This document shows, in pieces, positions 7,346 to 16,490 of a DNA stretch of 32,000 nucleotides. Location of the stretch: positions 960,001 through 992,000 of the forward strand of contig NZ_CP147990.1 in the NCBI RefSeq assembly GCF_037902255.1, written 5' to 3'. The first letter of the stretch is position 1, and each line of letters opens with the position of its first letter. Source of the stretch: Candidatus Electrothrix sp. GW3-4. Its GTDB lineage: Bacteria; Desulfobacterota; Desulfobulbia; Desulfobulbales; Desulfobulbaceae. The position numbers were made by a program, and so were the translations under genes. The notes beneath the pieces were generated by a model. It was not told where the DNA came from and searched no databases. It saw nothing but the letters and a program-made list of their open reading frames with translations.

Positions 7346-7873
7346 GTGGAATGAAAAATAATAATATTGTTTAAAAACATTATGTTGATTGTCTGGGATT
7401 GTTATCGCCTGTGATGGGGGCTTATGACGGTGGTTTCATTTTTGAAGAGTTTTTGTCGATAAGGTTCAGTTGTGTCGTAATTGTCGGTTATTGTTGATCG
7501 TCAACCTTGAGCCTGTAGTTGAATGAGCTGGCTGAGATTTGTTGGCGAGAATATCCTGTCTGTTTTTTCGCTTAAGGGGTGCGAAAGAGGAGGTTATGCT
7601 GTATATATAACTTTTTTGTGTGAGATTTTATTCAGAACTTTACATTGATGTAATTGAATGTTAAGTTTTTTCGAAAAAAGACAAAAGGTATCTTTTTTGT
7701 TGCTGCGATGTTTTTGGGTCATTGAATACGCAAGGGCAAGAGGAGCATGCTCTGTGTATTCATGGCTGGAGAGCCAAACCGTCTGCTCTCGGGCAGCCGA
7801 AATCTTATTGAACAGAATAATGCTTCATTTTTGTCAAACTTTAACAGGTTGATTTTTTTATAAGGAGTGTATA

Positions 7874-9109
7874 ATGGAATTGAGTGCAGTCAATGCGGGA
7901 GATACCGCCTTTATGATGGTTGCGGCGGCCCTGGTCATGTTTATGACCCCTGGCCTGGCCCTGTTTTACGGGGGGATGGTACGTTCCAAGAACGTGCTTT
8001 CAACCGTTGTCCAAAGTTTTTTTTCTTTGGGTATAGTGGGGCTGATTTGGGTGTTATATGGATATTCTCTGGCCTTTGGGCCTGATGTCGGCGGGTTTAT
8101 CGGTAATCTGGATTGGGTTTTTCTGCAAGGGGTCGGGCTGGAACCCAGCGATACCTATGCCACCACGATCCCGCATCTGGTCTTCTGTGCCTTTCAATTG
8201 ATGTTTGCCAGCATTACTCCCGCCCTGATCACCGGTGCCTTTGCCGAGCGAATCAAGTTTAGCGGTTTCCTGTTCTTCACCGTTGTCTGGACAACCATTG
8301 TCTACCTGCCGGTCTGTCATTGGGTCTGGGGGGATGGCGGCTGGCTGCTCAACCTGGGTGCTCTGGATTTTGCAGGAGGTACAGTTATTCACCTGAATTC
8401 CGGCATGGCGGCCCTGGTTGCGGCGATCTTTATCGGAAAACGTAAAGGATATGGCCATGTCTCATTCATGCCCCATAGCCTGGGAATGACTCTTCTCGGT
8501 GCAGGTATTCTCTGGTTTGGTTGGTTTGGCTTTAATGCGGGCAGTGCTGCTGCGGCCAACGGCATAGCAGGTTCTGCCTTTTTTGTTACTCATATTGCCG
8601 CAGCAGCAGCGATGGTGTCCTGGGTTATGGCGGAATGGATCATGCAAGGAAAGCCGACCGCTTTGGGGGCTGCGTCAGGGGCTGTTGCCGGATTGGTGGC
8701 CATAACCCCGGCTGCCGGTTTTGTCGGGCCGGTATCCGCAGTCATTATTGGACTGGTCGGGGGTGTGCTCTGCTTTCTTGCCATCAGGCTCAAGACCAAA
8801 TTTAAATATGATGATGCCTTGGATGTGGTTGCCGTACATGGCTGCGGCGGGACCTGGGGCGCTGTTGCCACAGGCCTGTTTGCCTCTACAGCCATTAATC
8901 CGGATGGTGCAGACGGGTTGTTTTTTGGCGGTTCTGGTCTGGTGTTCATCCAGGTCGCAGGTGTTCTTGCCACCTTTGTCTACTCAGGTGTGCTCACCTA
9001 TGGTATTCTGAAGGTTACTGAAAAACTGACTGGCTTTCGGGCCTCTGAAGAAGACGAAGCCATGGGACTGGATTTGTCCCAGCATGACGAAGTGGGCTAT
9101 AACCTGTAA
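7874..9109 (+). CDS. amtB: ammonium transporter AmtB
   Basis: 411 aa and polytopic. Amt family motifs are present: FMTPGLALFYGGMVR, DFAGGTVIHLNSG, GWFGFNAGS, AVHGCGGTWG. AGGAG RBS upstream. Confidence 0.95.
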   Translation: MELSAVNAGDTAFMMVAAALVMFMTPGLALFYGGMVRSKNVLSTVVQSFFSLGIVGLIWVLYGYSLAFGPDVGGFIGNLDWVFLQGVGLEPSDTYATTIPHLVFCAFQLMFASITPALITGAFAERIKFSGFLFFTVVWTTIVYLPVCHWVWGDGGWLLNLGALDFAGGTVIHLNSGMAALVAAIFIGKRKGYGHVSFMPHSLGMTLLGAGILWFGWFGFNAGSAAAANGIAGSAFFVTHIAAAAAMVSWVMAEWIMQGKPTALGAASGAVAGLVAITPAAGFVGPVSAVIIGLVGGVLCFLAIRLKTKFKYDDALDVVAVHGCGGTWGAVATGLFASTAINPDGADGLFFGGSGLVFIQVAGVLATFVYSGVLTYGILKVTEKLTGFRASEEDEAMGLDLSQHDEVGYNL

Positions 9110-9122
9110 TCCAACGCGATAG

Positions 9123-9473
<351 letters not shown>

Positions 9474-9501
9474 TGTCTTTCTGATGAGATAATGCAAGAA
9501 A

Positions 9502-9549
9502 GGGGGGAGACTGCTGGTGCAGCCTCCCCCCTTTTTTTCAAGGCGCGAT
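9502..9549. terminator. rho-independent terminator after glnK, probably bidirectional
   Basis: GGGGGGAGACTGCTGGTGCAGCCTCCCCCC followed by TTTTTTT. On the minus strand the same hairpin is followed by TTTCTT and sits just after the convergent gene 9565-9870. Confidence 0.8.
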
Positions 9550-9564
9550 GAGTGCGATGAAAAC

Positions 9565-9870
9565 TTAGCTGGTTGGCTGATTTTCCTCAAGAGTGGCAGC
9601 TAAATCTGAGGAAGGCGCCTCCAGGGGTTCTTCGATGTCCTTTAAAAGCTCATCTTCTGTTTCTGTGTCGTCTGAAGCGGCTTCGGGAGAAAGTTCATTA
9701 CAGGCGCCATTGAGGCTGAATCCGAAGTCTGGGAGGACGACAGTCTCTTCATGTTGTGCATGATCATGCTCGCAATCGGAGAGCGCTCTTGCTGGTGTAC
9801 AACCAAGGGCAAAAAACAGGGCAAGGGCAATAAAAACTCGGTGAGCTGTTTGACGGTATGCTTTTTTCAT
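9565..9870 (-). CDS. small acidic lipoprotein/exported protein (101 aa)
   Basis: Signal peptide with lipobox (FFALGC), followed by a His/Asp/Glu-rich sequence. Confidence 0.55.
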   Translation of the reverse strand: MKKAYRQTAHRVFIALALFFALGCTPARALSDCEHDHAQHEETVVLPDFGFSLNGACNELSPEAASDDTETEDELLKDIEEPLEAPSSDLAATLEENQPTS

Positions 9871-10323
9871 GACGTTTCTCCAAGGTATCTGAACACGGCA
9901 TTTGCTGGCTGTGGCCTTTTTGCAGTTTTTTTTATGTTATGAGTTGGTTGGATTGTCCTCTTGTTGGTAGGGGATACCATAATTCAGTTTTTTTGCCTTG
10001 TCAAGGTTGAGTATAGTTTTTTAAACTTTGAGAAAAGTTTTTTAAAAAGAGTGTCATATCTCAGAAGGGGAAAGAAGAGGGAGGGGCCTACCTAAAATTC
10101 TAGCACCAGGGGCTGGAGGGTGAAAAGGTAGTGTTTTTTTTGAGAAGGATACGGTACTATAGCTTTATTGTATATTGTAATGGGTTGGCAGATACTGTTC
10201 TGGATGTAGGCACAGCATGTTTGTCCGTAGGGAGAATCATATGTGCCGCCTTGCTGAGCGGATATTTTTTGCCATAAACATGTTATCGTCATGTGTTGTA
10301 ATGAAAAGAAGAAAGGAGAAGGA

Positions 10324-11031
10324 ATGAAACTCGCTGTATGTGCAGTATTCAGTCTTATGTTGGTTGCCGGACCAGCTGTGGCCGCAGATCCGGTGACGGA
10401 GCTGAAAACGGAAAAACAGAAGATCAGCTACGCTCTTGGGCTTGACCTTGGCTCATACTTTAAAAGCCTGGAATCGGATTTTGAGCTTGCTGCTGTTTAT
10501 CAGGGAATCACAGACGCCTATACAGATGGGAAGGCCTTATTAACCCCTGAGGAGGCGGAGAAAATTCAGAAAAAATTTGCTGTTGACCAGCAGAAAAAGA
10601 AGGTTGAAAAAATGAAGGCGCTCCTGGAGACCAACAAGGATGCTGCTGCTGAATTTTTGAAGAAAAATAAAAAAGAAAAAGGGGTCAAGGTTACCGAATC
10701 TGGCTTGCAGTACAAGGTGGTTAAGGAAGGAAAGGGGGAAAAACCAGCAGCCACGGATACTGTTAAGGTGCATTATAAGGGAACTCTGCTTGACGGAACC
10801 GAGTTTGACAGTTCCTATAAACGGAACGAGCCTGCCACCTTCCGGGCGGATCAGGTTATCCCCGGTTGGACAGAGGCCTTACAGATGATGAACCCAGGAA
10901 GTAAATATATCCTCTATCTGCCGCCTGAGCTTGCCTATGGTGATCGCGGTGCTCCTCCTGCGATTGAGCCTGGATCATTGCTTATTTTTGAGGTCGAGCT
11001 GGTTGAGATTGTGGAGGGTGGTGACAAGTAA
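10324..11031 (+). CDS. FKBP-type peptidyl-prolyl cis-trans isomerase (FkpA/Mip-like, exported)
   Basis: Start set at the ATG at 10324 (AGGAGAAGGA upstream), giving signal peptide MKLAVCAVFSLMLVAGPAVAA. Has an N-terminal dimerisation-type helix and an FKBP core: VKVHYKGTLLDGTEFDSSY....PATF.....IPGWTEAL..M..GSK..LYLPPELAYG. Confidence 0.9.
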   Translation: MKLAVCAVFSLMLVAGPAVAADPVTELKTEKQKISYALGLDLGSYFKSLESDFELAAVYQGITDAYTDGKALLTPEEAEKIQKKFAVDQQKKKVEKMKALLETNKDAAAEFLKKNKKEKGVKVTESGLQYKVVKEGKGEKPAATDTVKVHYKGTLLDGTEFDSSYKRNEPATFRADQVIPGWTEALQMMNPGSKYILYLPPELAYGDRGAPPAIEPGSLLIFEVELVEIVEGGDK

Positions 11032-11125
11032 GAAGCGGTACGGCGAGTAATGACGAAATTACAACCCGTTTTCGTTTTGATTTGGGCCTCCTGCGAGGAG
11101 GCCTGCTTGGTGTGTGGAGGTACGT

Positions 11126-11551
11126 ATGGGGAAGGAACAAAGCGATAAAGCAAAGAAAAAATGTTGTCGTAAGTACCAGAAGAAAAGTACGTATTGTAAA
11201 CGATGTCCAATAAAGATCAGGCTGCAATGTCAGCTTGAAAGGAGGGTTGCTGAAATGAGTAAGAAGAAAGACGACAAGAAAAAAGAAGAGAAGAAAGCGG
11301 CAAAAAAAGCAGCGAAGAAGGTAGAAAAAAGGCATGCAGCAAAAAATCATGCAAGAAAAAGTCAGAGAAGAAGGGCGGTAAGAAAAAAGACGCAAAAAAG
11401 AAGGGCGATAAGAAGAAAAAAAAGAAATAAGCCTTCAATCCCCCTGCGAGCCTGTCCCTTTTCAGGGGCAGGCTTTTTTTTCGGCCCCTTCTTTTCCTCA
11501 GAGAAGAGCCTGTTCCCTGTCCTGAACAAGCTTCAAGGGGGAGTCCCGTGA
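11126..11551 (+). CDS. small Cys-knuckle (CC..CxxC) protein with a poly-Lys/Arg tail; 3' end uncertain (frame problem)
   Basis: GGAGG lies 5 nt before the ATG at 11126. The product begins MGKEQSDKAKKKCCRKYQKKSTYCKRCP and continues with a Lys-rich tail. The annotated frame reads through a strong terminator hairpin, while another frame ends in KKKKKK-TAA at 11428-11430 just before that hairpin. Confidence 0.5.
   Translation: MGKEQSDKAKKKCCRKYQKKSTYCKRCPIKIRLQCQLERRVAEMSKKKDDKKKEEKKAAKKAAKKVEKRHAAKNHARKSQRRRAVRKKTQKRRAIRRKKRNKPSIPLRACPFSGAGFFFGPFFSSEKSLFPVLNKLQGGVP
11451..11482 (+). terminator. rho-independent terminator
   Basis: GCCTGTCCCTTTTCAGGGGCAGGC followed by TTTTTTTT. Confidence 0.75.
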
Positions 11552-11561
11552 TAGCAGCGTT

Positions 11562-12452
11562 TTATGCTTTAATCGCTGTTATGGGTTCTGCCTGTCCAAG
11601 TTCTCCATCCGTATCGGTAAGATGACCAATCTTGCGCCAGTCTTTCCCCAGTAAGGCGGCTCCATAACTATCTATGGCCACAGGGTCAAAGCCCGCGACC
11701 AGTTTGTTGACCGGAGGATCGCAGATCGGTCCCCAGAGATGGGCCTTTGCCATGCCCACAGTGGCGTCCAGGAGAGTGAAGTCTGGGCTGCGGTAGCGAT
11801 TCAGATCTGCAACCGCTTCATGGACCCGCTTATGAAAAGCGGCCTTTTTCCAGCCACCGCCCTGATGATAGTGAGCTGGCGGAGCAAGTCCCATCATATT
11901 TTTCATGGTCAGGGTGACCCCGGCCAAGGTATGGGCTTTGAGTACGGGAACGGAAAGGAGAAAGCTGTCCGCAGCGATATCTGGCAGGTAGAACTCTGGC
12001 CAGCGTTTGCATTGCGGCAGGCTGTATTGTTGATAGGGGACCTCATTGAGGTCGATCAGCTCAACCCCTGTCTCGCGGGCCATTGCAGTATATCCCAGCT
12101 CGGTAAAGCAACGGTGGGTATCGTAATCCAAGGCCCCGCATCCCTCCCCAATGACAATGGGGTTCTTCAGGCGCTCCTGAAGATAGGTAACGATGCACCT
12201 AACGAGCTTGACAGGTGTTGTAATGGGCGGGCGCAGGGTCTCGACCAAGTTGGGCTTGATCAGGATGGTTTTACCCGCAGGGATATAGTTCACTAAGCCT
12301 GCCTTGTCCAGCAAAGGAGGGAGGCTTTCTTGCCAGGAGAGGAACGTGGTGGTGTAAACTCTGCCGTTTTGCTTGCTTGCTTTCATAAAATTTTGTTTGA
12401 TTCGAGAGGGGTTAAGGGGGCTCATCCAGGTCTTTTTTGTTGTAATGATCAC
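11562..12452 (-). CDS. DUF362 domain-containing protein
   Basis: ILIKPNLV....P.TT.P..V..IV.YL, GEG, LLSVPVLKAHTLAGVTLTMKNMMG and FTLLDATVGM are the hallmark DUF362 layout from memory. The exact start is uncertain; internal Met codons are possible. Confidence 0.75.
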   Translation of the reverse strand: MIITTKKTWMSPLNPSRIKQNFMKASKQNGRVYTTTFLSWQESLPPLLDKAGLVNYIPAGKTILIKPNLVETLRPPITTPVKLVRCIVTYLQERLKNPIVIGEGCGALDYDTHRCFTELGYTAMARETGVELIDLNEVPYQQYSLPQCKRWPEFYLPDIAADSFLLSVPVLKAHTLAGVTLTMKNMMGLAPPAHYHQGGGWKKAAFHKRVHEAVADLNRYRSPDFTLLDATVGMAKAHLWGPICDPPVNKLVAGFDPVAIDSYGAALLGKDWRKIGHLTDTDGELGQAEPITAIKA

Positions 12453-12468
12453 AGCTTTTCCTTAATCC

Positions 12469-13128
12469 TTAAGGAGTATTCACAACAACATAATCTGCCT
12501 TCTGCTTTTGCGGCAAGATGCATTGGGTAAAGAGTGCTGTTTGCATAGTATCAAAAAGAACCGCAGATTGCTCTGCTGCAACCCCTCTTTCCTTCTGGTC
12601 CCGTTCTATTCTGGATTTTCTTCGGGCCTTGTTCGCCCGCTCGATAAAGAGTGCAAAATCAAGGTATGGGCGGAGTTCTTCGCAAAAGCTGAGGATGCCA
12701 TCAAGGAAGGTAACCCTGGTCGGAACAAAAAGTTCTGTGTGGCTGGTATCTCTGCCGTCCTCTATTTTCTGATACAGATAGATTGGTACCTCAATGGATT
12801 GCCCGTTGCGTAGCGCGATGAGGTCATTGATCAAGCGCGGCATCTCAAAGGCGTCCGGGGCGTCAAAGGCGGGGATGCCGTGGGCAAATTCCCGGATTTG
12901 CGGGACAGGTTTGTAGTATGCATCCATGGGGAGTACCCTGCCGGTGTTCTGTGAGGCGAGATAGTTGGCCAAGGAGGTCTTGCCTGAGCAGGAGCCGCCG
13001 CAGAGAGCAATAAGCAGGGACTTGTTCGCTGAGCTGGCAATGGCCGTGAGCAGGTCTTTGACCGGCTGGGCGGTAAAGAAAGGGAACTGCGGGGCGGGAC
13101 TGTTTTGAGGAGAAGGACTATTCATCAT
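12469..13128 (-). CDS. uridine kinase / PRK-family P-loop kinase-like protein
   Basis: Walker A IALCGGSCSGKTSLA followed by LPMDAYYK, as in the Udk/phosphoribulokinase family. Confidence 0.65.
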   Translation of the reverse strand: MMNSPSPQNSPAPQFPFFTAQPVKDLLTAIASSANKSLLIALCGGSCSGKTSLANYLASQNTGRVLPMDAYYKPVPQIREFAHGIPAFDAPDAFEMPRLINDLIALRNGQSIEVPIYLYQKIEDGRDTSHTELFVPTRVTFLDGILSFCEELRPYLDFALFIERANKARRKSRIERDQKERGVAAEQSAVLFDTMQTALFTQCILPQKQKADYVVVNTP

Positions 13129-13270
13129 GTTGTGAGCGGCTTTGCCCCAAAGTATGCAGCTGTTTTTTCATCTCCCGGGAAGGTGTTGAGAAGGAATGAG
13201 CTGGGAGTTGACGGAGATAGCAAAAAAATATTTTTGGGAAAACAGCGTCCTTTGTGACGATAGGTCAAGG

Positions 13271-13308
13271 CAAAAAGAAACCGGGAACGCGCTCCTTAAC
13301 GCACCCGG
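13271..13308 (-). terminator. rho-independent terminator after the nitroreductase gene (member of a terminator-repeat family)
   Basis: Minus strand has CCGGGTGCGTTAAGGAGCGCGTTCCCGG followed by TTTCTTTTTG. The sequence resembles the terminators at 19404-19442 and 27751-27789. Confidence 0.65.
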
Positions 13309-13360
13309 AAGGAAAATTTCAGCTGAAGAGAACAATTCATCACCGCAAAACGCTCTCCGC

Positions 13361-13882
13361 TCATTCCTCTTCATGCCACCTGTTCATATGCACCCGCTCT
13401 TCAAGAAATATATCCTTGCGGGCAAGCTGCTGATTCACTGGTCCGAGCGGGACAAAAGAAAACGGAACAACCTCTTCAGGTAGCCCAAGAAGGTGTCGAA
13501 AACCTCTTTCTCGTCCCTTGTCGGGATGGACTCCTGTCCAAACAGCACCAAGACCCGCCCCGTGCGCCGCAAGAAGAAGGTTTTGAGTTGCGGCGGAACA
13601 ATCCTGCACCCAGAATCCCTTGTATTTTTCAAGCCGTGTATCTCCGCAGACCAGGATGCCGAGAGAAGCCTGGCGCACCATAGAGGCATGAGGATGAAAC
13701 TCGGGGATGCTGTCAAGAAGGGTACGTTCACGAATCACCACGAATTGCCATGGCTGCTCATTGCCAGCAGAAGGTGCGCACATGGCGGCGGCTAAAATCT
13801 TCCAGACAATTTCTTCTCCGACGTCACCTTCAGTATATTTCCTTATACTGCGACGTGTGTGAAGAGCTTCAAAAATCTCCAT
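13361..13882 (-). CDS. nitroreductase family protein
   Basis: RRSIRKY, PSAGNEQPWQFVV, and QDCSAATQNLLLAAHGAGLGAVW. Confidence 0.9.
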   Translation of the reverse strand: MEIFEALHTRRSIRKYTEGDVGEEIVWKILAAAMCAPSAGNEQPWQFVVIRERTLLDSIPEFHPHASMVRQASLGILVCGDTRLEKYKGFWVQDCSAATQNLLLAAHGAGLGAVWTGVHPDKGRERGFRHLLGLPEEVVPFSFVPLGPVNQQLARKDIFLEERVHMNRWHEEE

Positions 13883-14167
13883 TCCGATACCTCCTTTGTT
13901 TTTTTCGAGCGAAATTTTTCGGATTCGTTTGCTGTGCTGTTTTCAGCAATAACTTTTGCTAAAAATCGCGTTCTTTAACCGCAAGAGACGTAAGCTGGAT
14001 CATGAAATATATATTCTTCTACTCATACCCTTAACTTGGTAAGCGAGCAAGGGAAATGAAGTCTCATGCACGTTTCTTTGTTCTTCTCTTGTTCCGTTAC
14101 AGTTCTGCGTATTTCTTCTGCGTACTCTTGGTGGGTCCGCTTCCTCATGATACGAGACAGGGACAAT

Positions 14168-14992
14168 TCAATTTATAGCGGCGTGGAGTTCTGGTTCGCT
14201 AAAATCAAGTTCAATATAGCCTAAGATAGGAATTTTTATCGCCACGCCAGTGAGCAAATCCTGTTCGGAAAAAGTAAACCTGTAAATGTATTCAGTGCTT
14301 GTTCTTGCGGAAGAGTCAGCTGATGCGCTGCTTTTTTTGACCCTGTAATGATATTCGAGAGAATCAATTCCGTTTTTGTTTTCGGTGAGGTATGGTATCC
14401 CGAACTGTTGCACAAGCGCATCCTGCTTTACTGAAGACAGTGTATGGTTAATGTCAACATCTCCTCCTCTGTACCTGACTTCTCTGTTCCTTTGGTCGAG
14501 ATCCATATCGGATTGCCCCATATATTTGCATAAGGCAATAAAGAAGTCTTTTGACAGGGCGGTAAAGAAACTCTCTGGAAAGTATATGGCATGTAATTTT
14601 TCGTTTTGATACCTTGTATCAATTGGGAAATCGTAACTTCCTGTTTCTGCCTGATTGTCATTGTACATTTTTTCGAGGATATGTTTCCAGATTGTTACCC
14701 CTGATTTGGTTTTCTGAGAGACAGGATAAAGGCCCAGCCATTTGATATCGTTTCCATAAAGGGTTGGCCTCAAAAATGAGAACGTGAGTCCGTCCTTTTT
14801 ATCTACCACGATATACTTGTCAAACTGCGTAAATTGTTTTCTTAGCGCGAGTATCCGAAGATATACGCAACTACTCATGGTAACAGAAAAGCATATCAGG
14901 ATGAGGATCAAGAGCGTTTTTTTCGATGGGAGCGTGCCGGAAATTTTCTTATCTGCCGTTTTTGAGAATCCGATGCCTGTCATTCCGTTCAT
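14168..14992 (-). CDS. hypothetical membrane-anchored/exported protein (274 aa)
   Basis: Long ORF with one N-terminal hydrophobic segment (LLILILICFSVTMSSC, a possible lipobox). No recognisable domain. Confidence 0.55.
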   Translation of the reverse strand: MNGMTGIGFSKTADKKISGTLPSKKTLLILILICFSVTMSSCVYLRILALRKQFTQFDKYIVVDKKDGLTFSFLRPTLYGNDIKWLGLYPVSQKTKSGVTIWKHILEKMYNDNQAETGSYDFPIDTRYQNEKLHAIYFPESFFTALSKDFFIALCKYMGQSDMDLDQRNREVRYRGGDVDINHTLSSVKQDALVQQFGIPYLTENKNGIDSLEYHYRVKKSSASADSSARTSTEYIYRFTFSEQDLLTGVAIKIPILGYIELDFSEPELHAAIN

Positions 14993-15184
14993 TGGGTTCG
15001 CTCCTTTATGAAATTGGTCGCTTTCGAAAAGGTCATGTTGTGTATCTATCCTGAGCAGCAGTATAATGGACCCCTATTCTTGGACAGCTATTTAAGGTAG
15101 ATTTTTTTCTAAAAATGCTGAATGTATTTTGGTGCGCTTGGCACGAGTCCGAAATTCATACAGCCACTACCGGAGAATCTACGC

Positions 15185-15463
15185 ATGTCACGTAAAAGAA
15201 GAGTCCACTCAGCTGCATTTAAAGGAAAAGTTGCACTTGAAGCACTGAAAGAACTAAAGCCGATTAATGTACTGGCCTCCCAGTATGAGATTCAGCCAAA
15301 CCAGATTAGCACCTGGAAAAAGCAGCTAAAAGAAGGAGTAACCGAAATATTCAGCCGAAAACGCGGTAAAGCAAAAGATGATTCCCGCAAGGCTGAAAAA
15401 CGCTTATACGAAGAAATCGGTCGTCTGAAAATGGAGCTGGACTGGCTTAAAAAAAAAGTCTGA
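15185..15463 (+). CDS. IS3-family transposase OrfA (HTH)
   Basis: MSRKRRVHSAAFKGKVALEALKE.....LASQYEIQPNQISTWKKQL....LYEEIGRLKMELDWLKKK. It ends in an A9 run. GGAGAA RBS before the ATG at 15185. Confidence 0.9.
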   Translation: MSRKRRVHSAAFKGKVALEALKELKPINVLASQYEIQPNQISTWKKQLKEGVTEIFSRKRGKAKDDSRKAEKRLYEEIGRLKMELDWLKKKV

Positions 15464-15599
15464 GCCCTACTCGGATCCCCTTGATTTAATTGATTCTCAG
15501 CATAGGTCGATCAGCATCCAGAGGCAATGTGAGCTGCTTGGCATCAGTCGATCCCGCTATTACTACAAGCCAGCGGTTGAGAGCGAACTGAACCTCAAA

Positions 15600-16292
15600 T
15601 TGATGCGAATTATCGATGAGATCTACACCGACTGTCCTTTTTACGGAAGCAGACGGATGGTCATCGAGCTGGAACGGCGTGCTTTTCATGTTAACAGAAA
15701 ACGGGTTCAACGGTTGATGCGCCTAATGGGGCTTGAGGCTATTTACCCGAAACCGAAACTAACTCATCGGAATATTGAACACAAAGTTTATCCATACCTT
15801 TTGAGGAACATCTTGATTGATCGTCCCAATCAGGTTTGGAGCACTGATATCACGTATATTCCGATGCAGAGCGGTTTCATGTATCTGACGGTAATTATTG
15901 ACTGGTACAGCCGATACATCCTCAGTTGGCGTATATCCAATACGATGGATAACGATTTTTGTGTCGAAGCTCTTGATGAAGCATTAACTCATGGATTACC
16001 CGATATTTTTAATACAGATCAGGGAGTGCAATTCACAAGCAAGCAGTTTACACAACGCCTGACAGATGTTGATGTAAAAATCAGCATGGACGGCAAGGGC
16101 CGAGCACTGGATAATATTTTTGTCGAGCGTCTTTGGCGTACAGTAAAGTACGAAAATATCTACCTGAAAGACTATCGAAATGGCAATGAGTTATACCACG
16201 GTCTGGAAGAGTATTTTTCGTTTTATAACACTCGACGTCCTCATCAGTCTTTGGGGTACAGATCTCCTGAAGATATTCATTATTGCTCATGA
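15600..16292 (+). CDS. IS3-family transposase OrfB (DDE/rve integrase core)
   Basis: Motifs: YGSRRM, NQVWSTDITYI, IIDWYSR, FNTDQGVQFTS, FVERLW.T.KYE, YN..RPHQSLGY. The frame stays open upstream to the A9 run (..LKKKSEPYSDPLDLIDSQHRSISIQRQCELLGISRSRYYYKP..), so an OrfAB fusion is expected. Confidence 0.9.
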   Translation: MMRIIDEIYTDCPFYGSRRMVIELERRAFHVNRKRVQRLMRLMGLEAIYPKPKLTHRNIEHKVYPYLLRNILIDRPNQVWSTDITYIPMQSGFMYLTVIIDWYSRYILSWRISNTMDNDFCVEALDEALTHGLPDIFNTDQGVQFTSKQFTQRLTDVDVKISMDGKGRALDNIFVERLWRTVKYENIYLKDYRNGNELYHGLEEYFSFYNTRRPHQSLGYRSPEDIHYCS

Positions 16293-16490
16293 GATACAGT
16301 CAAACAAATATAGGAGGAAATCACCAGATAAGAAAGTTTGTTGTTAGCCCGAAATCTATCTTAAATTATGCTAAATTTTGTGTTGACTATGGGGTCCACT
16401 TTACAGTAAAACAAATATCAGTCTGTTTAACAAGGCAATCTCCCAGGCGGGAGTAAAAAGCGGGCCTTCACCTGGTAAAGAGAAGCCGCT

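Larger units (their letters stand above)
15067..16398 (+). mobile_element. IS3-family insertion sequence (1332 bp)
   Basis: Terminal inverted repeats are TGGACCCC... (15067) and ...GGGGTCCA (16398), with the TG/CA ends typical of IS3. A subterminal match exists: ATTTAAGGTAGATTT versus ATTTAAGATAGATTT. Contains orfA (HTH) plus orfB (DDE integrase core). No flanking direct repeat is evident (TAA versus CTT). Confidence 0.85.

Noticed and set aside
7687-7703. Possible sigma-54 promoter for amtB (AAGGTATCTTTTTTGTTGCT)
   Set aside because: The GG-to-GC spacing is 3 nt too long. The alternative TTGT alignment loses the invariant GC. No other plus-strand candidate in 7268-7873 fits.
10935-11438. 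Minus-strand ORFs 10935-11210, 10982-11395 and 11217-11438 (Phe/Leu-rich)
   Set aside because: They are the antisense reading of the poly-lysine (AAG/AAA) coding tract, which gives poly-Phe/Leu. They are also antisense to the FKBP gene 3' end. No start context.
14056-14178. 40-aa plus-strand ORF (MKSHARFFVLLLFRYSSAYFFCVLLVGPLPHDTRQGQFNL) in the 13883-14167 gap
   Set aside because: The Shine-Dalgarno is weak, the ORF is very short and no conservation evidence is available. It is noted only as a possible small membrane peptide.
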